Source: Polyangiaceae bacterium
Lineage (GTDB): Bacteria > Myxococcota_A > Polyangia > Polyangiales > Polyangiaceae
Direction: 5' to 3'
Length of the DNA stretch: 64,000 bases
Assembly: GCA_049840955.1 (NCBI GenBank)
Contig: JASGIX010000072.1
Location: forward strand, 68,361 to 132,360
In this document: positions 27,272 through 36,945 of the stretch, one piece after another
How the letters are laid out: each line of letters begins with the position of its first letter
How positions within the stretch are numbered: the stretch's first letter is position 1
Notes under the pieces: model-generated
Seen by the model: the letters and a program-made list of their open reading frames with translations, nothing else
The model's database searches: none
What the model was told of the DNA's origin: nothing
Made by a program: the position numbers and the translations under genes

Positions 27272-29377
27272 GACTGCACCCGAGAAAGCGATCGAACCTG
27301 CGACAAGAAGTGATTCTTGGTCGAACTGCCCCTTGACGACGTACGCAGACGCACCAGCGTCGCGCCCCCGGCGCTGGTCGGCTTCCGAGGAAAGTGACGT
27401 CACCAGAATCACTCGCGTGTCCTTGAAGCGAGCATCGGCCCGGGTCGTCTTCGTGAACTCGAAACCGTTCATGCCGGGCATCTCGACGTCCACGACGAAC
27501 AGACCGTAGTCGCGTGCCGCTGCCATGGCGAGCCCTTCCTCCGCGGAAGTCGCCACGTCGACTTCGAACCCTGCGGTCTGCAGGATGCTTTGCTCGAGCA
27601 TTCGGGTCGTCAAGGAATCGTCCACGACGAGGATCGGCAAATACCTTCGCACGGCGGCGGGAGCCAGTGGCTCCGGTGCCCGTCCCGCATGCTTCTGGAG
27701 AATCGAGAGTAGACCGCGAGGGTCGAGGACCAATCGCGAGATCCCTTCGACGTCCAGTGCAGCCCCGGCCACCCCGAGCGGCGCGCCCGCGGCCCATGGA
27801 AGTGGGCGAACGATGACCTCGCTTATCGCCGATGCCGCGTCCGCCACGAGACCGTAGCAATCGTCTCCGATTTGGACGATGGCGACCGCCAAAGGAACCC
27901 CACTGGTCACGCGCGCACTGCCATAGCCCAACGCGGGCCCGAGGCGAAGCACCGGGACGAGTTCGCCTTCGAACAGGATCACTTCGCCTTCCGTGGAAGT
28001 ACTCACGGCAGAAGTTGGCACGCGTAGCACGCTCTTTACGACGTCGAGCGGCAGGAGCAGACTCGTTTCCTCGACCTTGAGCGCCACGACCGTAGCCGTC
28101 GAAAGCGACACGGGAACGACCAACTCGACGCGCGTCCCGAACCCGAGCTGACTCGTGATCGTCGCGCTACCGTGGAGCGTCGACGCCGCCGTCCCCACGA
28201 CATCGAGACCGACGCCGCGCCCGGAGAGCTCGGTGACGGCTGACCGTGTGCTGACACCCGCCCGAAAGAGTAGCTTGAGCGCCGCCGCGTCGTCGAGCTG
28301 GTCGACCTCGGCTTGGGAGAGCAGCCCGCGCTGCACGGCGAGTCGCCGAACCTCGACGGGGTCGATCCCCGCACCGTCGTCTTCGCACACGAAGGCGACG
28401 CGACTGCCGCGTCGTTCGACGCGGATCTTGACGGTTCCCTGCGCTGCCTTGAGCCGAGCCGCCCGAACCTTCGGCGTCTCGATGCCATGGTCGACGGAAT
28501 TGCGCACGAGATGCAGCAGAGCATTACTTACCACTGGAAGAACGTGTCGATCGAGCCGAACGTCGCCGCCACTGGACTCGAAACGTACGGTCTTGCCCAC
28601 AGCCGCCGCAGCGAGCTGGGTGGCGCGTTCCACACCTGGAAAGGCCGTGACGGCTTGAATGAGCGATAGATGACCGAGGCGTTCGCGCGCCCGCTGAAGC
28701 TCGTTCAATGCCGAATCCGCGCGTGTGAGCGCGGTGCGACGAGCACGTTCCAAGCGATTGACGGCCTCGCGTACGGAGTCGCGGTGCCGGGCCATACCAC
28801 CGTGATACTTGCCCGAACCACGGAGTTCGCCGACGGGCTGCACCACGTCGTCCTCCACGAGCTGCGCGAGCTGCGCAATCAGCGCGTCGAGTTCGCGAAC
28901 CGTGGCCACGAGGGCGGTGGTTTGCGACTCTGCCGTGGCGAGACTGGTCGTGACACCATCGAGGTCTTCGAGTTCGATCCGCACCGTCGAGAGCGACTCG
29001 TGCGAAGCCGCGGCAGTTGCGGATTCTTCGGGAAGCAAGCCCTGATGCTGCGGCTCTTTGCCCTGGTCGGTCGTAAGCGCAGACTCGAGTCCGGAAACCA
29101 TTCGAAGAAACTCGGTCGCTTCCTGAACGGTCAGGGGGTCGCCAGAATCCCGATGCGCCCCGAGCACGTCCTCGAGAATGCGCGCCAACTCCGCTACGGT
29201 CGCGTCACCAACCACCGTTGCTGCGCCCTTCAACGTGTGTGCCAGGCGAAAGAGTTGGGCAGGAGCGTCGGGACGGACTTCACCGCGCGAGATCAGCAGT
29301 AGTTCGGAGGACAGTCCGTCGAGGATTTCCCGGGCCTCGATGCGATAGAAACGCTTGGGATCGTTCTTCTGGGTCAT
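27268..29377 (-). CDS. cheA: Hybrid chemotaxis histidine kinase CheA (Hpt-dimerisation-HATPase-CheW-REC)
   Basis: Hpt: LFRLAHTLKGAATVVG. HATPase: LLHLVRNSVDHGIE...CEDDGAGID...LSGRGVGLDVV. A CheW-like segment follows. REC: ILVVDDSLTTRMLEQSILQTAGFEVDVA...FVVDVEMPGMNGFEF. As assembled it reads in frame into cheB. An out-of-frame TGA at 27268-27270 overlaps the cheB ATG. Confidence 0.85.
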
Positions 29378-29913
29378 CTCGCCGAACGCCCCTCTCCCCC
29401 GACGGTCGCGCGGATGTCTGCGATCAAGGCGCCGAAATCAACGATCCGGCGGAGCCCCTCTTCCTCGTCAATCGCATCGCCCAAGAAGTCACCTCGGCCG
29501 CTGCGGCCCTTCTGGCTGACGATCTTCGAGCGTGGGGTTCGTAGGTATCCGTCGACGGCCTGAACTGCGAATCCAACCTGACCGTCCTTGCGGCTGACGA
29601 GCAGCCAGCGACGCGCGGAATCGCTCTTGGCGCCGACGAGGAGTGCCGCGAGGTCGTAAACGGCGACCAGATCGTCCAACACGGTTACGAGTCCCTCGAA
29701 GCCGCGATGCGCGGAGGGCACCCGAGTGACGTGTCTAATCTCGTGGACAATCGACACGTCCCCGAGATCGACGGCATAGGTGCCTCCGCCGGCGCGGAAA
29801 CCGAGGAACTCGACGTGCTCGGTGGTGAGGGCGCGGGCGGGCCGTCCGAATTCGCGATCGAATTCCTCGCGCAGTTGAGCGAGAAGCGCTCCATGTTGGG
29901 TCTCGTGCTTCAT
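29374..29913 (-). CDS. cheW: CheW-like coupling protein
   Basis: 179 aa: EFLGFRAGGGTYAVDLGDVSIVHEIRHVTRVPSAHRGFEGLVTVLDDLVAVYDLAALL. Its start and stop overlap the neighbouring genes by 4 nt. Confidence 0.85.
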   Translation of the reverse strand: MKHETQHGALLAQLREEFDREFGRPARALTTEHVEFLGFRAGGGTYAVDLGDVSIVHEIRHVTRVPSAHRGFEGLVTVLDDLVAVYDLAALLVGAKSDSARRWLLVSRKDGQVGFAVQAVDGYLRTPRSKIVSQKGRSGRGDFLGDAIDEEEGLRRIVDFGALIADIRATVGGEGRSAR

Positions 29914-31485
29914 CGTCGCACCTCACAGCGAGCGAGATCCGAACGGCAAAGCCCGACGAACGTATCGCGGCCGAACCCTCCCGTGTACAGATGCGAGGTC
30001 GCCTTCGAAGGGTCCGCCTCGCGTTGAAACAGTTCGAGCGCGCGGCTCAGGTGACGACGTGCCTCGTCGCGTTGCCCGAGACGCAAGCAAAGACGCCCGA
30101 GCAGCCAATGGGACATCGCGAAATCGCTATCCAACGTGATTGCGGTCTCGTGATAGCTGCGCGCTTCGGAAAACCTGCCCAACTGCTCACTTGACACACC
30201 GAGGAGATGGTACGCCCCAGCAGAATGAGGTTCGTCGGCGAGCAAGCGGCGACAGACGTCGCTCGCCTCGACGAATCGCCCTTGATTGGTCAGAATCGAA
30301 GCGCGAAGCAGGTGCACTTGCGCGTCGCGCTCGCTCGCGGACACGAGCGCATCGAGACGTGATAGCGCTTCCCGAAATTGTTCGCGCGCGACCAGCGATC
30401 GAACCTCGTCGAGGAGCTGCTCGCGATCCATGCTCGAAGACGCGCGTTGCGTGATCGCATTGCCGGGGGGGCGGCTCGGCACGAGATCCGCGAGTCGTCG
30501 CGTTGCAGCATCGATTGCAGTCACCCACGCGCCGTCGAGAGGAGCAGCAGCGGGAAGGGCCACCCCAGTGGCGAGCGTTTCGGATGGGCGGCTCACCATA
30601 CCCCACGTAGCGTCGTTCGGCTCGGCGTGAGTCGGTGGGGATTTCGAACTTCCACCACCGGCGAGCCGATAGCAGAAGCTGCCGCAAACCTCTTCGGGAA
30701 CGAGCCGCTCCTCGATCCCCCGCGGAGTCTCGGCGTTGCCGAGGAAGAGCACGCCGTCTCCTGCCAACAGATCGCACAGCCGACGAAGTGCAAGCGCGAT
30801 CTTCGGCCGAGAGAAATATATCAGGGCATTGCGGAACAAGATGACGTCGAATCGGCCCTTGGAGAAGAACTCCGGATCATCCTCGAAGAGATTCCTGACT
30901 TCGAAGGACACGGCCGACGTCACCTCCGGAGGCAGCGAATAGACATTGCCGCGTCGCGTGAAATACCGATTCTTGAGCGCCGAGGGCGTCGCACGGAGAG
31001 ACCACTCGGAATAGGTGGCCCGCTCGGCATTCGCGATGGCAGAGGGATTGACGTCGAATGCGTGGATTCGGGATCCGATCGGCTCGAACACCGAGGAGCT
31101 CCCGGGCTGCAATGGCGATGGAGTAGGCTTCTTCCCCTGTCGAGCACGCGACGGACAACACCTTGACCTTCTCGGTTGCAGGGCGACGATGCAGTAGCTC
31201 GGGCAAAATGACCGTAGATAGCGCTTCGAACTGCCGACTGTCGCGAAAGAAGTAGGTCTCACCCACGGTCATCACCCGGGCGAGCTGGCCAACCTCTTCA
31301 CGACGCGTCAGGACGTTCGAGAACCGCTGTCGGTACATGTCGAAGGATGCGCTCTTCGTTTCACCGAGCCGCTTCTGCAGCACGTCCGCCCATCCGGCGC
31401 TTCCTGGGGAGTCTCCCTGCAAACCAAGGTGCTCCTCGACCACACGGGCAAACTCGGCAGGCGGAGGCGCTTCACCGCGTGGCAT
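29910..31485 (-). CDS. cheR: Chemotaxis methyltransferase CheR with a C-terminal TPR domain (FrzF-like architecture), frameshifted as assembled near 31090
   Basis: A GGAAGG RBS lies 9 nt before the ATG at 31485. Motifs: ETYFFRDSRQFEAL, KVLSVACSTGEEAYSIAIA, then after the shift IHAFDVNPSAIANAERATYSEWSLR...FDVILFRNALIYF...GVLFLGNAE. The C-terminal TPR region reads AGAYHLLGVSSEQLGRFSEARSYHETAITLDSDFAMSHWLLGRLCLRLGQRDEA. Confidence 0.8.
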
Positions 31486-31965
31486 CACACCCATCCTTCC
31501 GAGAGAATGAGAATCGAGCAAGTCGTTGCCGAGCAGGCGCGTCGTATCGAGCCACGCGAGCAGCTGCCCGTCCAGCACCCCGAGATCGCCAATCCGTTCC
31601 GTCAATCCGCCGCTGACGAGCGGCTTCGCGGAAGCCACTTGGTCCCGTGACAGTCGGCGCACACCGATGACCTCGTCCACTTCCAAGGCCACGGAACGAC
31701 CGTGCACCTTGACGGTAACGAATCTTCGGCCCGGTTCACATTCCCCCCCCGCCAACAGAGCGCCGAGGTGAAGAACGGGCGTCGACTCGCCACGAATGAC
31801 GGCGACACCGCGAACGTACGAGGGCACCCCATCGACACTTTGGGTCGGTAGCGGACGGCAGGTCTCCGCCACCGCTTCGATGGGTAGCGCGCAGTACCAG
31901 GACTGGGTGCGCACGAGCAGCACCGCGAGAGGTATGTCAGTTGCGCTTTCGACGAAAGAAACCAT
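31486..31965 (-). CDS. cheW: CheW-like coupling protein (no in-frame stop before cheR as assembled)
   Basis: MVSFVESATDIPLAVLLVRTQSWYCALPIEAVAETCRPLPTQSVDGVPSYVRGVAVIRGESTPVLHLGALL...VALEVDEVIGV. An out-of-frame TGA overlaps the cheR ATG (TGATG). Confidence 0.7.
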
Positions 31966-31977
31966 TGAGTCTCTCGA

Positions 31978-33447
31978 TCAAGCGGCTCCCTTGGTCCAAA
32001 TCAGTCGACTGAGTGCGGCTGAAACGGTTGCGAGCTGTTCGGCCGTCGCCAACGTCTGACCCGCGCTCGATTCGGTCTCCTTGGCCGCTTGGGCCACACC
32101 GGTGACGGCCAAATTGACTTGCTCCACGGCGGTGGTCTGCTGCCGAATCGAGAGTTCGATTTCACGTGCTGCCTCGGTCGTCACCGAAACCCGTTGGCTG
32201 ATGTCGTTGAAGGCGGTGTTGACCTCTGCAAACTGACGAGTTCCGGCATCAACTGCCTTACGTCCGTCTTCGGTAGCCATCACGGTCGTATTCGCAGCGG
32301 CTCGGATCTCCTCGATGAGGGTGCGAATTTCACGTGCCGATCCGCCCACCCGATCGGCAAGACGTCGAATCTCGTCGGCGACGACGGCAAATCGGCGACC
32401 GGATTCACCGGCGCCTGCCGCCTCGATGGTCGCGTTGATGGAGAGAATGTTCGTCTGTTCGGAGAGTTCGTTGATGAGGTCGAGGATCGCCCCAATCTGC
32501 TGCGCTCGACGCCCGAGTTCGAGCATGTGCCCCACGACGACATCGACCTGATTCCGAATTGCGAGCACCGCCTCGTTGGCGCGTTGACCTATCGCGTCAC
32601 CCGAGCGAGCCACGTTGCCGGTCTCTTGCGCGACTTGCACGACTCGTTGTGCGCTTTCGGTGATCTGACGGGAGGTCGCAAGGAGTTCGCGAATCGTCGT
32701 GCTGATCTCGGCCGTCGTGGACGCCAGCTCTTGGGCGCTAGCGGCCTGCTGCGCCGCTGAGGCGCGGAGTTCCGTAGCCGAGCTTTGTGCGTGATGGACG
32801 GCGTTGCCGACGTGCCCCACGATGGCCCGGCGGAGAAAGCTCGAGAGGGCAACGGCCAGAGCAACGGAAGCGATCGCCGTGAACCAGAGCCCGCCCATGC
32901 TGCGCGTTGCTGCAGCGCTGGCTTCCGCCGAACGTCTCGAAAGTCGCTCGTCCTCCCACTTCGCGAGGTTCACCATGGCCCCGTCGAGCGCCTGAACGAT
33001 TGCCTGGTCTTTGTCGAACTCGGCTGCAACCTCCTCGACGGTCGCGCCAGAACGGCGCTTCGTAACGACCGCATCCCACGCGTGCTGCATGTCGGAGTTG
33101 CTGCTCATGACCGCAGCGACGAGGTTGCGCTCCTCTTCGCTGACGGCCGTCGTCCGAAGCTGATTGCCCTGATCGATGAGCGTGTCGCGATGCTTGGCAA
33201 TTTGGTCGAGGTACTTTTCGTTTTTCGTGATGATGTAACTTCGAACGGCCTTGGCTCGCTTCTCTCGCTGGACGCGCATTTCCTCGACCTGCAGTCGTCG
33301 AACGGCGTCTTCCGTGATGACCGCATCCTTGCTCGAGGTTACGTAGCCGAGGCTTGCGACTCCCGCGACGCAAGCCATTGCCGTAAGGAGCGACAGTGCG
33401 GCGAAGCTCAATGCGGTCTTGGCGTTGATGGTCCAATTGTCGAACAC
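31978..33447 (-). CDS. Methyl-accepting chemotaxis protein (four-helix-bundle sensor, HAMP-less or short linker, MA signalling domain)
   Basis: GTG start at 33447 with an AGGAGA RBS 7 nt upstream. There are two TM segments. The signalling domain reads ...EISTTIRELLATSRQITESAQRVVQVAQETGN...ILDLINELSEQTNILSINATIEAAGAGESGRRFAVVADEIRRLADR. Confidence 0.85.
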   Translation of the reverse strand: MFDNWTINAKTALSFAALSLLTAMACVAGVASLGYVTSSKDAVITEDAVRRLQVEEMRVQREKRAKAVRSYIITKNEKYLDQIAKHRDTLIDQGNQLRTTAVSEEERNLVAAVMSSNSDMQHAWDAVVTKRRSGATVEEVAAEFDKDQAIVQALDGAMVNLAKWEDERLSRRSAEASAAATRSMGGLWFTAIASVALAVALSSFLRRAIVGHVGNAVHHAQSSATELRASAAQQAASAQELASTTAEISTTIRELLATSRQITESAQRVVQVAQETGNVARSGDAIGQRANEAVLAIRNQVDVVVGHMLELGRRAQQIGAILDLINELSEQTNILSINATIEAAGAGESGRRFAVVADEIRRLADRVGGSAREIRTLIEEIRAAANTTVMATEDGRKAVDAGTRQFAEVNTAFNDISQRVSVTTEAAREIELSIRQQTTAVEQVNLAVTGVAQAAKETESSAGQTLATAEQLATVSAALSRLIWTKGAA

Positions 33448-33671
33448 GGGTCACTCTCCTCGATGGCAGAGGTTTCGCTCACACGGCGCGCCCAACGCGA
33501 TTGCTGTCGAGCAGTCCGATTCGCCACCCCACGAGGACCCATGGTGGTGCCGGGATCGGTGCAGCATACGTCTAGACAACGGTCGTGAACTGCGTACCCA
33601 TAAGGTTCGTACGCCCCCGAATGTGTGCGATCGTGGGCAGAGTTGGGTCGTCCGTTCCCCGTCTCAAGCAA

Positions 33672-34250
33672 TTACCCTGTGATCTCCGACTGCTCGGGAA
33701 AGAGCCGTTCGGTGGGCACGCGCGAAGACAGGGGCAAAACGCCACTCGTACGACCTGGTTGCAATCCCTCGTGCGCGATCGCGGCGAGGATCGTCTGGGC
33801 TAGGGTGGTCGCGTCGGAATCCTCGAGGTTTGCAGCACTTGAGCCACGCAGGAACACGTGGCAATCCGAGCCATGCCGAGACACGACGAACACCGCGACG
33901 TTGGGGTGACGAGCGCGGAGCTGTACGGCCAACGGCGGCTCCGAATCGGTATCAGGAGGGACCTCGATCAGAACCGCATCGAAGAGGCTGCCGCGCGACA
34001 TCAATTCCAGAGCCAGGACGTCGCTCGAGGAGTAAACGGGAAATAGCCCCACGGCCGGCAATACCGAAGAGAGCTCGCTGCGGAGCCCACGCGTCACGCC
34101 CACGACGAGCAGGGTTCCCCCGAGGTGACGCAAGGGCGTGACCGCTTCGCCAGTCGCGGACGGCGGTTGATGCGTGACCAATACCGCTTGAGCTGAAGAC
34201 GTGACTTGGCGAGCGTCCAATTGGCCTCCCATGTACGGGCGTCGAAGCAC
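33672..34250 (-). CDS. Hypothetical protein with a receiver-like (possibly pseudo-receiver) fold. The 5' end is uncertain and could extend to about 34395 through another frameshift.
   Basis: LLVVGVTRGLRSELSSVLPAVGLFPVYSSSDVLALELMSRGSLFDAVLIEVPPD...NVAVFVVS follows the beta-alpha pattern of REC domains. However, the acidic pocket positions are not canonical. Confidence 0.3.
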   Translation of the reverse strand: MLRRPYMGGQLDARQVTSSAQAVLVTHQPPSATGEAVTPLRHLGGTLLVVGVTRGLRSELSSVLPAVGLFPVYSSSDVLALELMSRGSLFDAVLIEVPPDTDSEPPLAVQLRARHPNVAVFVVSRHGSDCHVFLRGSSAANLEDSDATTLAQTILAAIAHEGLQPGRTSGVLPLSSRVPTERLFPEQSEITG

Positions 34251-34501
34251 GGCCCGGCTTGGAATCCCATCGCAACGGGCGTACCAAATCGACGTGAAAT
34301 CTCGCCGACGCGAGCCCGTCGAATTGATTCATCTTCATCGTGGACAGATACGGCCCGACGGAACCGAACGACATGACTCTGGCGTTCTGGCCCACCTCCC
34401 GTCAAAATCGTGACGCTTCGATGCTTGGTCGTCCCGAAGCTCAGGCGTGCTCACCACGCGGCCATGCGCTGCATGCGGTGAGACGACGACCAAGGATCGC
34501 A

Positions 34502-34768
34502 CTAGCAGCCGCGACCGCCGAGACAGTCCTTGCCCGACAATCTCGCACAGGGTTCGCCACGCTCGCACGGCCGCTCCGCATCGTCATCTTCCGGGCTCAC
34601 GAGTTCGGCGGGCTTCACGAGTTCGGCGGGCTTCACGAGTTCGGTGGGTTCGAGTGATCCGACCTCGACGAGCTGAGCTCCACGACAAAACGGGCAAGCG
34701 CTCGGCGCGAGCGCACCATCGATCCGTCGGGTAAGGGCCTGGCAGGATTGGCACACGAACGTTCTCAT
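34502..34768 (-). CDS. Small zinc-ribbon protein with an internal tandem hexapeptide repeat
   Basis: 88 aa: MRTFVCQSCQALTRRIDGALAPSACPFCRGAQLV (CxxC...CxxC), then PTELVKPAELVKPAELV encoded by the 18-bp x3 array. It lies 41 nt downstream of the MBL hydrolase gene on the same strand. Confidence 0.45.
   Translation of the reverse strand: MRTFVCQSCQALTRRIDGALAPSACPFCRGAQLVEVGSLEPTELVKPAELVKPAELVSPEDDDAERPCERGEPCARLSGKDCLGGRGC
34598..34651. repeat. 18-bp tandem repeat x3 (CACGAGTTCGGCGGGCTT)
   Basis: Read directly. It lies in frame within the small zinc-ribbon ORF. Confidence 0.9.
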
Positions 34769-34808
34769 GGTTCTCCAGCTCCCCCCGATCGCACGGCGAG
34801 GCGAAGCG

Positions 34809-35630
34809 TTACTCTATCGTGACAGTCATCCGCTCGCGAGCAACGAAGGCGCCTTCCCAGCTCGAGCGAGCTTGGTCCTCGAGACGCAGCATGAACGAAT
34901 CGTCGTGGTCCGGATCGTGATGAAAAATCGCCAAACGCTTTACGTCTGCCATCTTGCAGAGACGCACGGCCTCTTGCCAGGTCGAATGACCCCACCCCAC
35001 TTTCGAAGTAAATTCGTCGTCCGTGTACGTGCAATCGTAGACGAGCAGATCGGCTCCCTCGATCAATCCGAGGACCCTCTGATCCGGAGCGTCGACGACG
35101 TGTTCGGTGTCCGTCACGTAGCAAATCGATTGGCCGTGGTACTCCACACGGTATCCCGTCGCCCCATTCGGATGACGCAACGGGCACGTGCGTACGGACA
35201 CCTCGGAACCGAGGTTGAATCGATCGCCCGCCGTGAAGTCCTCGAACAGCAGCTCGGCTCGCATGGTCTCGAGCGGCACGGGAAACGTCGGCTCAGCCAT
35301 CTGTCCCGCCAGCACGTCGCGGATCTTTCCGGCACCGAGATGTCCGGCCATGATCTTGAAACTACGACCAGGAGCGTACGCTGGCTTGAAGAACGGAAAG
35401 CCGTTGATGTGATCCCAGTGGGTATGCGTCAGCAGGATCGAGGCTTCTCGCACGTCTTCGCGGTTGAAGCGATTGCCGAGCTCCCGAAGGCCCGTTCCCG
35501 CGTCGAGCACGATTCGGCTCTCCCCGGCATGCAGCTCGATGCAACTGGTGTTGCCGCCGTACAGAACGTACTCGGCGGCAGGACAGGCAATGCTCCCTCG
35601 GACTCCCCAGAAGCTCAGACCAAAACCCAT
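34809..35630 (-). CDS. MBL-fold metallo-hydrolase
   Basis: The ATG at 35630 gives MGFGLSFWGVRGSIACP...GGNTSCIEL. Metal motif: ILLTHTHWDHINGFPFF. Later: YDCTYTDDEF...GWGHST. Confidence 0.8.
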   Translation of the reverse strand: MGFGLSFWGVRGSIACPAAEYVLYGGNTSCIELHAGESRIVLDAGTGLRELGNRFNREDVREASILLTHTHWDHINGFPFFKPAYAPGRSFKIMAGHLGAGKIRDVLAGQMAEPTFPVPLETMRAELLFEDFTAGDRFNLGSEVSVRTCPLRHPNGATGYRVEYHGQSICYVTDTEHVVDAPDQRVLGLIEGADLLVYDCTYTDDEFTSKVGWGHSTWQEAVRLCKMADVKRLAIFHHDPDHDDSFMLRLEDQARSSWEGAFVARERMTVTIE

Positions 35631-35774
35631 AATTGAAGCCAGCCTATCACTCGGCTGGCCGATTGCGTAGCCTCGTTGCGGCAAATTCAATCACGCCTTG
35701 GAATTGGGCCCAAACTTCCGGCTTTTTTCCGTCCCAGACTTGTCGCTTCGGCAGGTGCGCGTCACATCGGCCCT

Positions 35775-36856
35775 GTGTCTGTCGTCGTCCAAGGTGAGCT
35801 CCCCGAAGCCCTCGCGCTTCGACTCGGATGCAAAGAGAGCGAAGTTCGTCGCGTACTCGCAGCGATGCATCAGCGAGATGCGTCGGACTTGGGCGCCCCT
35901 CGCGAACAAGTCTCGCGCAACACGCGAAAGCACTTGTCCGAGAGTGCTCGGATCGGCCGCCTTGAGATCCTCGAGCAGCAGGAGTCAAAGCTCGATCCTT
36001 TCGTCAAATTCGCGTTGCGTACGGAAGATGGCTACGTCATCGAGACGGTGCGTATTCCGCTCGAACGTCCCGGTCGTTTCAGCGTGTGCGTATCGTCGCA
36101 GGTGGGTTGCGCCATCGGTTGTCGATTCTGCAAGACGACGCAAGCCGGGTTGCACCGCAACCTTGCGGCGTGGGAGATCGTCGAACAGGTCCGAATCGTT
36201 CGACAAAGCTTGCCCGAGGGCACGCGCGTGAGCAGCGTCGTGTTCCAAGGCATGGGTGAGCCCCTCGCGAATCTGGATTCGGTGATCCAAGCCGTGCGCG
36301 TGCTTTCCCATCCGGCTTGTCAAAGTATCGAATCAGGAAATCGATCACGATTTGCACCTCGGGGCTGCCACGAGGAATCCGTCGCATCCACGCCGAGAAG
36401 CTTCGGATCCGACTCGGACTCTCCTTGGGCAGTGCCATTGCCGAACGTCGCAAAACGTTGATGCCCATCGAGGGCCGTTTCAGCCTCGACGAGTGCGTCG
36501 ATGCCCTCGTCGACTTCTGTCGCGACGCGGGACAGTCGCCAATGCTGGCGTACACCCTGCTCTCGTCGGTCAATTGCAGCGCCGAGGATGCCGACGCGCT
36601 GCGTCAGCTGGCCATCGACATCGGCCAACGATCGGGACGGATGCCGAGGCTCTCATTGATTGCCTACAATCCAATTGGCGACAACGACCCGTTCCAACGC
36701 GCCACCGAGCAGGAGGCCGAGGCCTTCCGTGAGCGGCTCGCCTCGGGTGGATTCCCCGTCGTCCGCCGCTATTCGGGCGGTGCGGACATCGACGCTGCGT
36801 GTGGGCAACTCGCGGCTCAACGAAGTCGCTTCCCAGCACCATCGGCCCTCGGTTAG
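35775..36856 (+). CDS. rlmN: Radical-SAM 23S rRNA/tRNA adenine-C2 methyltransferase (RlmN/Cfr family), frameshifted as assembled near 36320. The start is uncertain (GTG at 35775, or upstream to 35676).
   Basis: CVSSQVGCAIGCRFCKT (CxxxCxxC cluster). VVFQGMGEPLANLDSV. After the shift: ITICTSGLPRGIRR...LSLGSAI...MLAYTLLSSVN...LSLIAYNPIG...RYSGGADIDAACGQLA. Confidence 0.75.
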
Positions 36857-36945
36857 GCTAGGCGCCGTCGAGGACTCGGGCACGGCGGTCATTTCGCGAG
36901 TGACCCCCTCGCGATTTTTCCAGATATCGAGTACTTCGAGGCGTA

